Positions 48,799 through 58,989 of a DNA stretch of 64,000 bases are shown piece after piece. The notes below the pieces were generated by a model. It made no database searches. It was not told the origin of the DNA and saw only the letters and a list, made by a program, of their open reading frames with translations. The position numbers were made by a program, and so were the translations under genes. Numbering within the stretch: position 1 is the first letter of the stretch; each line of letters begins with the position of its first letter. The stretch is from an uncultured Candidatus Entotheonella sp. Lineage in GTDB: Bacteria; Tectomicrobia; Entotheonellia; Entotheonellales; Entotheonellaceae. Where the stretch lies: the NCBI GenBank assembly GCA_965215335.1, contig CBDCDA010000001.1:384001-448000 (forward strand). Reading direction: 5' to 3'.

Positions 48799-49968
48799 AT
48801 GTGGCCCTCGGCACCATCGATTCATCTCGTTGGCACGGCGTTCGCGCTATTGCACGTGCTCGCCGGTATCGCCGCCGGGCAGCCCTTTGTGGTGGCGCTC
48901 GGCGCCATCGGCGTGCTGTTGGCCTATGGCCTGTGGCGCCGCAGTGATTCCGTGCGCCTGGGGAGCATCGTGCTGCTGACGCTGTACGTGGTCATGCGGC
49001 TGATTCTGGGCGTGTTCGCCTGGCGCGACGCGGGGGCGGCGGTGCAGGTGCCGAATATCGTGGCCATCCTCGGGTCGCTGTACCTGATTCTGGCCTTGGG
49101 GCGTCTGGGCACGGCGTTCGCCAGCAAGCGCGACATGTGGCTGGGGGTGTTTATCTCGAAGTACCTGCCGCTGTTGCCGTACCTGTTTTTCGCCCTGTTC
49201 CCGCTGTACTTCATGATGGTCACGTCGCTGAAGACGGACAATGAATTGTACGACCTGGAGGCGGTGCCGTTCTGGATCACCGGCGCCGGGTTCACGGTCG
49301 GCAACTACGGCTACCTGTTCGAAGAGACGCCGTATGTGGTGTGGCTGGTCAATACGCTGAAGGTGTCCATCAGCGCCACGGCCATCTCGGTGGCAATTGC
49401 CATCCTGGCCGCCTACGCCCTCGCCCGTCTGCGCTTCCGGGGCGCCGAGACGTTTGGCGTGGCGGTGTTCGTCACCTACCTGGTGCCGCCGTCACTGCTG
49501 TTCCTGCCCCTGGCGCGGGTGGTCGACAGCCTCGGCCTGTCGGACCGCACGCTGGCGCTGATTGTCACCTATCCAACCTTTTTGATTCCCTTCTGCACCT
49601 GGCTGTTGATGGGCTACTTCCGCACCATTCCCAAGGAAATCGAGGAATGCGCCATGATCGATGGCTGCAACCGCATCCAGGCCCTGTTGCGCATCGTTCT
49701 CCCCATGGCCGTGCCGGGCATCATCTGCGCCGTCCTGTTCGGCTTCACCCTGTCCTGGAACGAGTTTCTCTACTCCTTGGTGTTCATCTCCACCACTGGC
49801 GCCAAAACCATCTCCGTGGGTGTCATCTCCGAGCTCATTCGGGGCGACATCTACTACTGGGGCCAGCTCATGGCCGGTGCCATGGTCGGCTCCATTCCCA
49901 TTGTCGTTGCCTACGTCTTCTTCATGGATTACTACGTCTCCGGCCTCACCGCGGGAGCGGTCAAGTAG
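48799..49968 (+). CDS. Carbohydrate ABC transporter permease (MalG/UgpE type) with extra N-terminal TM region
   Basis: FPLYFMMVTSLK, AAYALARL.F.G, IPKEIEECAMIDG, SWNEF, GLTAGAVK. Confidence 0.9.
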   Translation: MWPSAPSIHLVGTAFALLHVLAGIAAGQPFVVALGAIGVLLAYGLWRRSDSVRLGSIVLLTLYVVMRLILGVFAWRDAGAAVQVPNIVAILGSLYLILALGRLGTAFASKRDMWLGVFISKYLPLLPYLFFALFPLYFMMVTSLKTDNELYDLEAVPFWITGAGFTVGNYGYLFEETPYVVWLVNTLKVSISATAISVAIAILAAYALARLRFRGAETFGVAVFVTYLVPPSLLFLPLARVVDSLGLSDRTLALIVTYPTFLIPFCTWLLMGYFRTIPKEIEECAMIDGCNRIQALLRIVLPMAVPGIICAVLFGFTLSWNEFLYSLVFISTTGAKTISVGVISELIRGDIYYWGQLMAGAMVGSIPIVVAYVFFMDYYVSGLTAGAVK

Positions 49969-49994
49969 GTCGGATCAGCCGAGCGTCTACGAGT

Positions 49995-51542
49995 CTACGA
50001 CAGCGACTTGATCCAGGCCGTGCGGTAGTCCTGCGGGGTGATGGCCTTTTCCAGCAGGGCGATGGTGTCGATGACGAGGGAGCGTTGGGGTTCAGCAAGC
50101 CCGTGACTGACTTCGTGGAGAATGTTACGGACGATGTTCCAGTTCTCCGTCAGCTTGAAGGACCTGACGTCAGCCTCAAGGGCTTCGACGAGCGTGGTGC
50201 ATTGGCGCCGCAGACCGGCGGGGTTCTTGCCATCGCAGGCCTGGGCGAAAATGACGATGGCGGTCAGCCAGATCTTGCCGCCCCAGCCGGCCCATTGGAT
50301 ACCGCGGCCGGCGGCTTGCGCGGCAGCCTGCCACTGCCGGGCGGCGAGGCGGGCAAAGGCCAGCGCGAGGTGGTTGCTGACGTGACCGGAGTAGCGCTCG
50401 ATGGCGCCCTGCGCCTTCTTGACGGCGTCGTCAAAGCGCCGCAGCTGCACCAGAACGCGGCTTTCGGCGGCAAGGAGATGGGCGTGGAACTTGACGGGGA
50501 TGTTGGCCAGCCCATCCTCGTAGGCGTCAAGAGCCTGGTGCAGCGCCTTGTGCGCCTCGGGCCTTGAGGCGGTTTGGCTGGCGCGCCGCTGGTAGAGCGC
50601 GCCGCGCAGCCGGTAGATGTTGTAATCCTTGCGGTTCTTGCTCTGCACGGTGGCCAGGTCGCGGATCACCAGGTCTTCGTCCTCGGGCAGGCCGCGGCGG
50701 AAATATGCCTCGGCGCGGCTGACGAAGCACCCCACGTCCGCCGGGTTGCGATTCAGCCCCTCGGTGGCGAGCTCAATTGCATTCTCGTAGTTGCCGGTAC
50801 GCGTTTCGAGATCGAGGAGCTGGTAACGCACGGCGCTGTTGTAGGGATTCAGTTCCAGCGCCTCGCCCAACGTCTGCTTGGCGTTCTGCGGCTCCATCTC
50901 GCTCTGCACGGCACCCAGGGCCATGAGGTCTTCCTGCCGCCGCTCGCCCCGCGCCTTGATCATCTGCAGCAGGTGCGCCTCAGCGTCGGCATGGCGTCCC
51001 AGGGCTTGTTCGCACTGTGCCACCAGCGACAACTGCGCGGTGTCGTTGTCCGTGAGGCCGGCGAGCAGGTGGGGCAGGGCCTCGGGGTAGCGCCTGGCGC
51101 CGTGCAACGCCTCACCCAGCGCCCAGCGCCCGGCGCGGTGCTCGGGGTGCTGCGCGACGGCGCTTTGCAGCGCCTTGACGGCGTCCTCGGGGCGGCGCTG
51201 CCACAGCAGGATCTTGCCGGGCAGCAGCCATTCATAATGCGCCAGCGTCTCCCGCAACTCAGCCACTGCCTGGCTGTTTTGCAAGGTTTTCTCGGTGACC
51301 CGCATCAGCCGGGTATCCGTGCCGGACCACCGCTCCTGGGTTGCCTGTTCGACGTTCGTCAGCAGGTGTTCCAGACGTCGGACGCGACAGAACGACACAC
51401 CCACTAGCGCCACGACCAGAAAAGCCGGCAGGGTGAAGGGGGCTACGGAAGGAATGAGGTACGTGAGGGGGTCGCTGCCCAATGCACTGGCAAGCGTGAC
51501 AAAGGCCGTCAGGAACAACAGGATGAATTGAAGCCGTCGCAT
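49995..51542 (-). CDS. Membrane-anchored tetratricopeptide repeat protein
   Basis: Two N-terminal TM helices, then TPR-like helices (ALELNPYN, GLNRNPAD, YRLRGALY). GTG 51584 is an alternative start. Confidence 0.75.
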   Translation of the reverse strand: MRRLQFILLFLTAFVTLASALGSDPLTYLIPSVAPFTLPAFLVVALVGVSFCRVRRLEHLLTNVEQATQERWSGTDTRLMRVTEKTLQNSQAVAELRETLAHYEWLLPGKILLWQRRPEDAVKALQSAVAQHPEHRAGRWALGEALHGARRYPEALPHLLAGLTDNDTAQLSLVAQCEQALGRHADAEAHLLQMIKARGERRQEDLMALGAVQSEMEPQNAKQTLGEALELNPYNSAVRYQLLDLETRTGNYENAIELATEGLNRNPADVGCFVSRAEAYFRRGLPEDEDLVIRDLATVQSKNRKDYNIYRLRGALYQRRASQTASRPEAHKALHQALDAYEDGLANIPVKFHAHLLAAESRVLVQLRRFDDAVKKAQGAIERYSGHVSNHLALAFARLAARQWQAAAQAAGRGIQWAGWGGKIWLTAIVIFAQACDGKNPAGLRRQCTTLVEALEADVRSFKLTENWNIVRNILHEVSHGLAEPQRSLVIDTIALLEKAITPQDYRTAWIKSLS

Positions 51543-51800
51543 GATCCGCCTTATTGGGACTTGCTTCCCCAATTGCCTATTCACGAATTGTCAAGTAAAC
51601 AGCCTGCCTATTCTAACACACCGCAGTGCGGGTTCATACACCCCCGAGACGGGCAAGCCACTCATAGGTGGCAAGGTTGCTTTTTCTTTCCCTCGTGGGC
51701 GATTTTGATATATGGTGACGGCAACGTGGCCGCCCTGTCGCGGTAGCGGGGTCAGGCTGCCAAGTTGTGACGTCTTACCCATCCAAGGAAGGAGCTTTGC

Positions 51801-52871
51801 ATGAGGCACATGGATATTCGACGCATTGGACCGATCTGGGGCCTGCTCATTGCAGTCGGCCTTGTATTCGGCGCCACGGCCATGGCTCAGGACGCCATGC
51901 CGACGGGTGAGCCCGGCTTCCTGGCTGACGGGGCCGAGCTGGAATTGCTGGTGAACGGCAACGACCACGGCATCGTGTTCACCGAAGGCGCCGCCGTGAG
52001 TTGTGACGGCATGGTGTATTTCAGCGACATCACCTTCACCGCAGGGTCGAAGACGCCGCGCGGCGGGCTGCTGGCCGGGGTGATCTGGAAGTACAACCCG
52101 GGCACCGGGGATCTGAGCGTGTATCGCTCTCCCAGTGGCATGTCCAACGGCATCAAGTTTGATGCGAATTGCGACATGATCAATGCGGAAGGGGCGGACT
52201 ACGGCGGCCGCCGTATCATTCGCACCAACATGAAGACGGGCGTGGCCGAAGTCATCGCCGGCCTGTTCCGTGGCCAGCCGTTCAACGCCCCCAACGACAT
52301 CAGCATCGACGAGCAGGGCCGGATTTACTTCAGCGACCCGCGCTATCTCGGCCACGAGCCGGTGATGCAGGCCACCATGGCCGTGTACCGCATCGACACC
52401 GATGGCTCGGTGCACCGAGTGATCACCGACGCCGGCAAGCCCAACGGTGTGGCGGTGTCGCCGGATCAGAAATCGCTCTACGTGGTGAGCAACGACAACG
52501 GCGCGCTGGACCTCTTCCGGCTCGATGAGGGCGAGGGCAGCGTCAAGGGTCGCATGGCGTTGATGGCCTACGACCTGGCGGAAGACGGCAGCGCCGAATT
52601 CCGCAAGGTGCTCGTCGATTACGCCCCCGAGGACGGCCCCGACGGTCTGGTAATGGATACGGAAGGCAACCTGTGGGTGGCGTGCCGAGACCTTACCCGG
52701 CCGGGCATCTATGCCTACGATCCGGACGGGATCGAGAAAGCCTACATCCCGACACCGGTTCCCACCAACGTCGGCTTTGGACGCGGTGAGAACAGCAATG
52801 TTCTCTACATCACTGCCGCCAACAACCTCTACCGCATCACCGTCGGGAAACAGGGCTATCACCTGCCCTAG
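51801..52871 (+). CDS. SMP-30/gluconolactonase/LRE family protein, exported
   Basis: Signal peptide, FTEG, YFSDI, SNG, NAPND, YFSDP, PNGVAVSPD, PDGL..D.EGNL, TNVGFG. Confidence 0.92.
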   Translation: MRHMDIRRIGPIWGLLIAVGLVFGATAMAQDAMPTGEPGFLADGAELELLVNGNDHGIVFTEGAAVSCDGMVYFSDITFTAGSKTPRGGLLAGVIWKYNPGTGDLSVYRSPSGMSNGIKFDANCDMINAEGADYGGRRIIRTNMKTGVAEVIAGLFRGQPFNAPNDISIDEQGRIYFSDPRYLGHEPVMQATMAVYRIDTDGSVHRVITDAGKPNGVAVSPDQKSLYVVSNDNGALDLFRLDEGEGSVKGRMALMAYDLAEDGSAEFRKVLVDYAPEDGPDGLVMDTEGNLWVACRDLTRPGIYAYDPDGIEKAYIPTPVPTNVGFGRGENSNVLYITAANNLYRITVGKQGYHLP

Positions 52872-53195
52872 GACGCCGCGAACCCTATACGTCCTATACA
52901 TCTGCCACGATTCCCCCGACCGGCAAGATTCGGGGATCGTGGCAGTTCATTGTATCCGTCAACGCTGCCCGAGATATCATGGAGAAGGGAGAAGGCGTCA
53001 AAATGCTTACCTCCTCCGAATGTTCCAAGTCTTTACCATTGTCTCTGCTGGCATTCGCATGCCGGAATCCAGCGACCTTCAGCGCCCGCCTTTGCTCACC
53101 GACATGCCCGTCGACCGCCAGACAGGTCGCACCGAGACGATTCATCACGCCAGAGAGTAAAACGGTTACTTCACCTGTCGCAACAGGAGAGGACG

Positions 53196-54023
53196 ATGCC
53201 GAAAGTCGCCAGCGTCGCGGTGCTCCTGTTGTTGGCCGGCGGCGCCTTGGGCCAGCAACAGGTCCCGGTGGCTGACCTGGCCCATCCCTTGCGCCTTGAC
53301 CATCGCTGTGCGGAGTTGGGGCGGAGCTATGGCGCCTATCGTCAAGCCTATGCGTTCTTCGAGAGACGGGCGCCTGACGCGGGGGGTGCGGGGTTGGTGC
53401 TGGCCAAGGTTCTGGTCGGGTGGGTCGGCGGGCAGAGCGGCGCCAACGGCGTCGGCCTGGGCATTGAAAAGATGCGGCTGGAATTACCGCTCGCGTGGCG
53501 CGGCGATGCCTTCGGGCTGGCCTTGCAGCTGGTCGGCGTGACGACCCGACAGGTCATCACCGGCCCGCTGTCAAGCACGTTTTTTCACGCCATGCACGAC
53601 TCCTATCCGGTCGAGAAGACCTATCGAGTCCCTGCCTCAGGAGACGTCGACTGGGTGCAGTTCGCAGAACCCGAAGCGGGCTCGCGTGAACGCGAGCACA
53701 AGCATTCGCAACCCATCAATGTCTACGCCAAGGACGTTCCCGAAGTAACTGGCTTGCGAGGCAGCTACGCGCTCAATCTGATCGTGGAAAATGCGCGAAC
53801 GAGGTCCCGCCTGGTGCTCGCCGGCCCGGTTCTTGCCGATGTCGAATCCTGGCTGGGAATCGAGCGACCGGAGATGCGCACGTTGGGCCTGATTCAGACG
53901 TTGAACCCGTTTCAACGCGGTGGCGTATGGAATTGGTTCCGGCACGGCTGGCGGTATGGCGGCTGTATCGAGCTCAGAAGACAGGCGGAGCAGGCGTTCG
54001 ACGTTCGATTGTCGCGTCGCTGA
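53196..54023 (+). CDS. Hypothetical exported protein
   Basis: AGGAGAGG RBS and signal peptide (VAVLLLLAGGALG). No family recognised. Confidence 0.65.
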   Translation: MPKVASVAVLLLLAGGALGQQQVPVADLAHPLRLDHRCAELGRSYGAYRQAYAFFERRAPDAGGAGLVLAKVLVGWVGGQSGANGVGLGIEKMRLELPLAWRGDAFGLALQLVGVTTRQVITGPLSSTFFHAMHDSYPVEKTYRVPASGDVDWVQFAEPEAGSREREHKHSQPINVYAKDVPEVTGLRGSYALNLIVENARTRSRLVLAGPVLADVESWLGIERPEMRTLGLIQTLNPFQRGGVWNWFRHGWRYGGCIELRRQAEQAFDVRLSRR

Positions 54024-54091
54024 CGACGTTGGCGAGGCAAGCCGGATGGCGTGCCGGCCTGTTCCCTCGCTGACGCCAAAGGAGAAGCAGG

Positions 54092-54685
54092 ATGTTCAGT
54101 GGCATCGTGGAAGAAACCGGCGCCATTACCCATCTCGACGTGCGTCCCGGTGGCGCCACCCTCACCGTGCGCGCCCAAGGCGTCCTGGACGATATCAACA
54201 TCGGCGATTCGATCGCCGTCAATGGCGCCTGCCTGACGGTGGTGCGCCACGATCAGACGGCCTTCACGGTCGAATTGGCCCTGGAAACACTCCGCAAAAC
54301 GGCGCTGGGACGGTTGCAAGATGGGGAGGACGTCAATCTGGAGCGGTCTCTGACGGCCAACGGTCGTATCGGCGGCCATTTTGTCCAGGGTCACGTCGAT
54401 GGCACGGGTGAGATCGTTGCCCTGCAAGCCGATGGGGAAGGGGTGCTGGCGACGTTCCGCGCCCCCGAAACCCTGCTGCCCTACATCGTCTCGAAAGGCT
54501 ACATCGCCATTGACGGCATGAGTCTTACCGTCGTCGATACCGGCCCGGAGTGGTTCACCATCGCGTTTGTCCCGCATACCCGTGCGGTCACCATCGTGCG
54601 TCACTACGTCCCGGGACGTCTGGTGAATCTCGAGGTCGACGTGCTGGGGAAGTATGTCGAGAGATTGTTGGCACACCGGGCTTGA
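54092..54685 (+). CDS. ribE: Riboflavin synthase (alpha chain)
   Basis: MFSGIVEE, GDSIAVNGACLTV, VNLER, GGHFVQGHVDG, KGYIAIDGMSLTV, VNLEVD.LGKYV. Confidence 0.96.
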   Translation: MFSGIVEETGAITHLDVRPGGATLTVRAQGVLDDINIGDSIAVNGACLTVVRHDQTAFTVELALETLRKTALGRLQDGEDVNLERSLTANGRIGGHFVQGHVDGTGEIVALQADGEGVLATFRAPETLLPYIVSKGYIAIDGMSLTVVDTGPEWFTIAFVPHTRAVTIVRHYVPGRLVNLEVDVLGKYVERLLAHRA

Positions 54686-54708
54686 AGCCGAATGAAGGGG
54701 AGGGCGTC

Positions 54709-55866
54709 GTGACATGGGCTAAAGGTTTGTCGTGGTTTCCCCTGGTTGTCGTCGCGCTTCTGGCCGGCCCGCTTGCGGCCGGGGAGCCGACGCCTCTGAC
54801 CGCGGTTCTGCCCGCCGGCGAGGTCACCCCCATTGCCTGTCTGTCGCCGTACGGCGCGCGCCAGAACGTGCCGGATTGGCCGCGCGATGGCATCTTCCAT
54901 TACCGGCTCTACCTGCCGGTCGATTACCACGAGAACCCCGGACGCCAGTACCCGCTCATGTTCATTGCCTCGCCCGCCGGCGAGGCACGCATGGGCCGCA
55001 TGGCCGAGCGCCTTGCACGGGATCGCTGGGTGGTGGCGATGCTGGCCGAGTCGCGCAATCGCTCCGTGCTGTGGTATCCCAATTTCATAGCCACCTACAA
55101 CGATGTGCTGAAGCGCGTGCGCGTGCATCCGGAGATGCTGTTTTGCACGGGCTTTTCCGGCGGTGCGCGGGTATGCAGTCGCTACCCGGGCATTCGCCCC
55201 GGCTTTCAGGGTCTGATCCTGCAGGGAGCCGGCTATTCCGAGCGCGCCTGGGTACTGACGCGCAGCAATGCCCACGTCACGGTGTACGGCCTTTTTGGTG
55301 CCCGCGACCCGAATCGGCGCGAGGCGCATCGCATTCGCCGCGGTCTGCCGTTGCACACCCACAACCTGGTGGAAATCTGGGACGGCGGGCACGAATGGGC
55401 GCCGGCACCCGTATTTGAACGGGCGCTCGATTGGGTCGAGGACAAGGCCCTGCTGGAAGCCGGGTACGACGCCGGCCGTGCCGACGTGTATGCGTGGTAT
55501 TTCACGAACAAGCTGGCGCGCTTCGAGAGAGCGACGAGCGACGTCGAGCGCTACGTGCTGCGCCGCCTGCTGAAAACGCTCCTGGAGCGCTGGCATCTGG
55601 AGCTCGACGAGGCCACCCGCGAACGCTTTCAGGCCGTCGATACCGCGCTATGGGCGTTCTCGGAGGACGACGCGCTGCAGCGGGAAATCGCGGCGTACGA
55701 CGCCTTTGACAAGGTGCTGCGCGCCGACGAGGCGCAGCGGGTCGGCGATCTGTCGGAGATCATCCAGCAGTACGGAGAGATCGTCGACCGCTACCCCGAT
55801 ACCCAGTTCGGCCAGCGCGCCCTGCTCCGGCAGCAATCGGTGCGCTGGGAGACGGGCGCGCCTTAG
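54709..55866 (+). CDS. Exported alpha/beta-hydrolase-fold protein with helical C-terminal extension
   Basis: Signal peptide, YRLYLP..Y...YPL, nucleophile elbow GFSGGA, G..D, GGHEW. Confidence 0.7.
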   Translation: MTWAKGLSWFPLVVVALLAGPLAAGEPTPLTAVLPAGEVTPIACLSPYGARQNVPDWPRDGIFHYRLYLPVDYHENPGRQYPLMFIASPAGEARMGRMAERLARDRWVVAMLAESRNRSVLWYPNFIATYNDVLKRVRVHPEMLFCTGFSGGARVCSRYPGIRPGFQGLILQGAGYSERAWVLTRSNAHVTVYGLFGARDPNRREAHRIRRGLPLHTHNLVEIWDGGHEWAPAPVFERALDWVEDKALLEAGYDAGRADVYAWYFTNKLARFERATSDVERYVLRRLLKTLLERWHLELDEATRERFQAVDTALWAFSEDDALQREIAAYDAFDKVLRADEAQRVGDLSEIIQQYGEIVDRYPDTQFGQRALLRQQSVRWETGAP

Positions 55867-56018
55867 TTAGAAATGCCCATGACACCCGGCGCCCTCATTG
55901 CCAATCGGATACCGACTCTCCCCGCCGAAGTCCGTCATCTCGGGTACCGACTCAACCCAGAATGCCCTCGACCCGTGATACAATCCTTCAACTCCCACTG
56001 CCCTGGAGGCTATGTGCC

Positions 56019-56381
56019 ATGTGGAACTGGCTGAAGGACAACGGTGCCGGATTCATCGCTGTCGGAGCACTCCTCACCTTCCTGCATCTCTTCGTCGTCA
56101 CGCCTCTCCGCGACGAATCAAACCGGAACTTCGAAACGTTGAGACAAGAGATGAACCAGCGTTTCGAGGCTCAAGACAAGTACATCAACCAGCACTTCGA
56201 CGCGATAGACCAGCGCTTCGACGCGATAGACCAGCGCTTCGATGCTCAGGACAGACGCATCGAGGACCTCGCCAAGGACGTTGCGGACCTCCAAAAGCTC
56301 AGCGATCGCGTTTCCCGCAACGAAGGACAGATCGACATCATCGGGCAGCAGTTAAAAACCGCCGACGCACCCGCGCCCTGA
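56019..56381 (+). CDS. Membrane-anchored coiled-coil protein with heptad repeats
   Basis: GGAGG RBS, TM helix, repeats MNQRFEA/INQHFDA/IDQRFDA/IDQRFDA. Confidence 0.7.
   Translation: MWNWLKDNGAGFIAVGALLTFLHLFVVTPLRDESNRNFETLRQEMNQRFEAQDKYINQHFDAIDQRFDAIDQRFDAQDRRIEDLAKDVADLQKLSDRVSRNEGQIDIIGQQLKTADAPAP
56195..56242 (+). repeat. 21-bp tandem repeat (two exact copies plus a partial one)
   Basis: CTTCGACGCGATAGACCAGCG at 56195 and 56216, then CTTCGA. Confidence 0.9.
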
Positions 56382-56383
56382 AC

Positions 56384-56490
56384 CTGACCCTCGTCGGCGG
56401 CACCTTCCTCGATGACGACCTGCGCGAGAGCCAATCCGGCCTGCTCTGCCACGTCGAGCATGTCGAGACCGGGCAGCCGGTATCCCGGAA
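56384..56490 (+). pseudogene. Rpn/YhgA-like (PD-(D/E)XK) nuclease/transposase fragment
   Basis: LTLVGGTFLDDDLRESQSGLL resembles the Rpn motif L..gSFvD..Lre..SDlL. No start codon or continuation. Confidence 0.4.
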
Positions 56491-56830
56491 CCATCCGAGC
56501 TGCGTCCCATCGTGCCGGTGGTGTTCTATCAGGGTCCGAGGGGCTGAGGCCATTCGAAAGAGTTCGCCGACCTGTTTCCCGAAGCCGTACGATCCTGGCC
56601 GTGGGGTTCACACACGAGCTGCTGGATCAGACGACCCTGGAGCCCGAAGCAGTTACGGGCGGTGTCAAGGGTCGTATCACCCAGTCGTTGATGATGGCTG
56701 CTCAACCGTCACGTGGAGGCGGCGCTGCGACTGACGGTGCGCCTGGTCCTGTCGCGGCGCGTCGGACTCCGGTTCGTGGTGCATCTCGGATTCGCGCCGC
56801 GTCATCCAACATCCCGCAGGAGAAAGCGTC

Positions 56831-57856
56831 ATGCGTCTACGAACCGCACTGCCGTGGGTTACGCTCATACTCGCAAGCCATTTGACCGCGGCCTGTCAGG
56901 CCGGGCAGGCCAGTTCGCCGCCGATGGTCAGCATCCCGGCGGGGGAGTTTCTGATGGGCAGCACGCCCGAGGAGCGGGAATACGGGTACCGGTTGGATGA
57001 GACTTTGCACGGCAGCACCGTGGCGCGTCGGCAGCGCTGGTTCGAGGTTGAAACCCGCCGCCGCCTGGACCTGCCCGCGTATCGCATCGACCGCAATCTG
57101 GTGACCAACGCCGACTACACGCAGTTCATCACCGCCACCGGGCATCGCGCGCCGTTCGTCAGCGAGCCGGTATGGCGTGGTTACCGGCTCGTCCACGGCT
57201 ACGCCACCGTCGGCAAATTCCTGTGGCGCGACGGGCGCCCGCCACCGGGCCGCGAGCAGCATCCCGTGGTGCTGGTCAGCCATGCCGATGCCGCCGCCTA
57301 TTGCGCCTGGCGCGGCGCGTGGCTGCCGAGCGAGGCGGAATGGGAAAAGGCGGCGCGCGGCACCGACGGGCGTTACTTTCCGTGGGGCGACACGTTCGAC
57401 GCCGAGCGGCTGAACAACGAGGATGGCGGACCATTCGACACGGTGCCGGTGGGCCAGTATCCGAACGGGCAGAGTCCTTACGGCGTGCTCGACATGGCCG
57501 GACAGGTGTTCGAGTGGACGGCGACGCTGTTCAGGAAGGAGCCGCCGAGGTACGTAGTGAAGGGCGGCTCGTGGGACGATTTCCCCGGCGTCACGCGGTC
57601 GGCGGCGCGGCACGGTCGCCCGGCGGAGTTGAAGCACATTTTGATTGGTTTTCGGTGCGCCGGGTCGCCTCAAGTCATCGAAAAAAGGGAGCAAACCCGT
57701 TTTCTTGCCTTTCAGTTCCCAACCATCGGCACCGGGATATGGCGCTCAAAGACAATGAACGACGACGTAGCTGTCTTCTCCAGCGCCGCCTCCAGGTGCG
57801 CCTTTCCAAGGCTGCCACGGTCTCTCTTCAGCACCGCCTCGAAAAACCGCTGGTAG
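56831..57856 (+). CDS. Formylglycine-generating enzyme (SUMF1) family domain protein, exported or lipoprotein-like
   Basis: IPAGEFLMGS, VTNADY, HPVV.VS..DA.AYC.W, LPSEAEWEKAARG, FPWG, DMAG.V.EW, KGGSW, IGFRC. Confidence 0.88.
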   Translation: MRLRTALPWVTLILASHLTAACQAGQASSPPMVSIPAGEFLMGSTPEEREYGYRLDETLHGSTVARRQRWFEVETRRRLDLPAYRIDRNLVTNADYTQFITATGHRAPFVSEPVWRGYRLVHGYATVGKFLWRDGRPPPGREQHPVVLVSHADAAAYCAWRGAWLPSEAEWEKAARGTDGRYFPWGDTFDAERLNNEDGGPFDTVPVGQYPNGQSPYGVLDMAGQVFEWTATLFRKEPPRYVVKGGSWDDFPGVTRSAARHGRPAELKHILIGFRCAGSPQVIEKREQTRFLAFQFPTIGTGIWRSKTMNDDVAVFSSAASRCAFPRLPRSLFSTASKNRW

Positions 57857-58959
57857 AAATGGTCGGGATGCACCACGATCCGCACCCGCAGCGCGGCCGC
57901 GGTTTCCGGCAGCGTCATCGTGTAGCCAAAATCCAGCGACGCCTTGGGTGCGATGCGTGTGTCATACACTTCCCGAGACAGGTTGAGGGCGATTTCGCGC
58001 CCGATGGTGGCTTCCTGAAAACTGTCGGCGATGACCTCGCCGGCGGCGTCCAGCAAGTGTCCCTGCACGAAAATCTTCGGCGTCACGTAAGTCGGCAGGT
58101 AATGCCCAGCACCGCTGTTCGTCACGGTAATCGTGGCTTGCAGGGTATTGCCCGGGCGGTAGGCGGGCGCCAGCGGCGAGACGCTGACCGTCATCGCCTG
58201 CCGCACCATGTCCGGATCCTGGATGCCGCGCCACAGGTGGCGGCGGTCCGGCATGTGGCAGCCCTGGCACTGCACCCCTTCTGCGGCATACGGGCTGGCC
58301 TGCCACTCGGCGAAGGTGTTTTCGAGCAGCTTGTCGTTGAGGGCGAAGCCCTTCTCGGGAAACTGGTGGCACGGCTTGCAGAACTCGGAGCGCTGGAACG
58401 CCGTCGTGGCCGTAAAGCCGCCGTGCGGCTGTACCACGTCGGCAGGTGGCGTCGGCAGTTCCGGCCGGCGGGGCGGTCCGAAGCGCTCGTGCTGCCGCAC
58501 GTGGCAACCGGCGCAGATCAGTCCCGCTTGCTGCAACGCCGGGTCGAACGCCTCGTTCGGGCGGTGTTCGGAGCCCTCTTTCAGGTGCGGAATCTGCTCG
58601 CTGAGCGGCGTGTGGCAGGTGGCGCAGACCGTGTAGGTGGCGGGATTGTCGCGCTCCATGTTGAGGAGCTGGCCGTACACCCCCGGCCCCATGCTGCGGC
58701 TGTGCAGGCTGGTTTTCCAGTCCTCGAACTGTTGGCGGTGGCAGAGCGCACATTCCTTGGGGTGCAGTGACGCCTCGATGGGCGAATAGGCGAGCGGCGG
58801 CTCGCCTTGGGGCGGCACGGGCAGGCGCCAGTGGCGTTTCAGAAAGGCGTCCACATCGTCGTCCGACTGCGCGCCAGCGCATTGTGGCCACCATAGCAGC
58901 GCCGCGGCCAGTGTGAGCACGGTCACTACCAGCCCGACCTTCCAGCGAACCAGCGGCAT
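57712..58959 (-). CDS. Multiheme c-type cytochrome (five CxxCH, cytochrome c554-like)
   Basis: CALCH, CATCH, CAGCH, CKPCH, CQGCH, N-terminal signal/TM, N.GAGH.LPT. Confidence 0.9.
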   Translation of the reverse strand: MPLVRWKVGLVVTVLTLAAALLWWPQCAGAQSDDDVDAFLKRHWRLPVPPQGEPPLAYSPIEASLHPKECALCHRQQFEDWKTSLHSRSMGPGVYGQLLNMERDNPATYTVCATCHTPLSEQIPHLKEGSEHRPNEAFDPALQQAGLICAGCHVRQHERFGPPRRPELPTPPADVVQPHGGFTATTAFQRSEFCKPCHQFPEKGFALNDKLLENTFAEWQASPYAAEGVQCQGCHMPDRRHLWRGIQDPDMVRQAMTVSVSPLAPAYRPGNTLQATITVTNSGAGHYLPTYVTPKIFVQGHLLDAAGEVIADSFQEATIGREIALNLSREVYDTRIAPKASLDFGYTMTLPETAAALRVRIVVHPDHFYQRFFEAVLKRDRGSLGKAHLEAALEKTATSSFIVFERHIPVPMVGN

Positions 58960-58989
58960 CCTGTCACCCCCCACTCTTTCGTTAGAACC

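Noticed and set aside
54024..54091. FMN riboswitch upstream of ribE
   Set aside because: The gap is too short and lacks recognisable RFN motifs.
56195..56242. Possible CRISPR repeat
   Set aside because: Contiguous in-frame coding repeat with no spacers, and no cas genes in the window.
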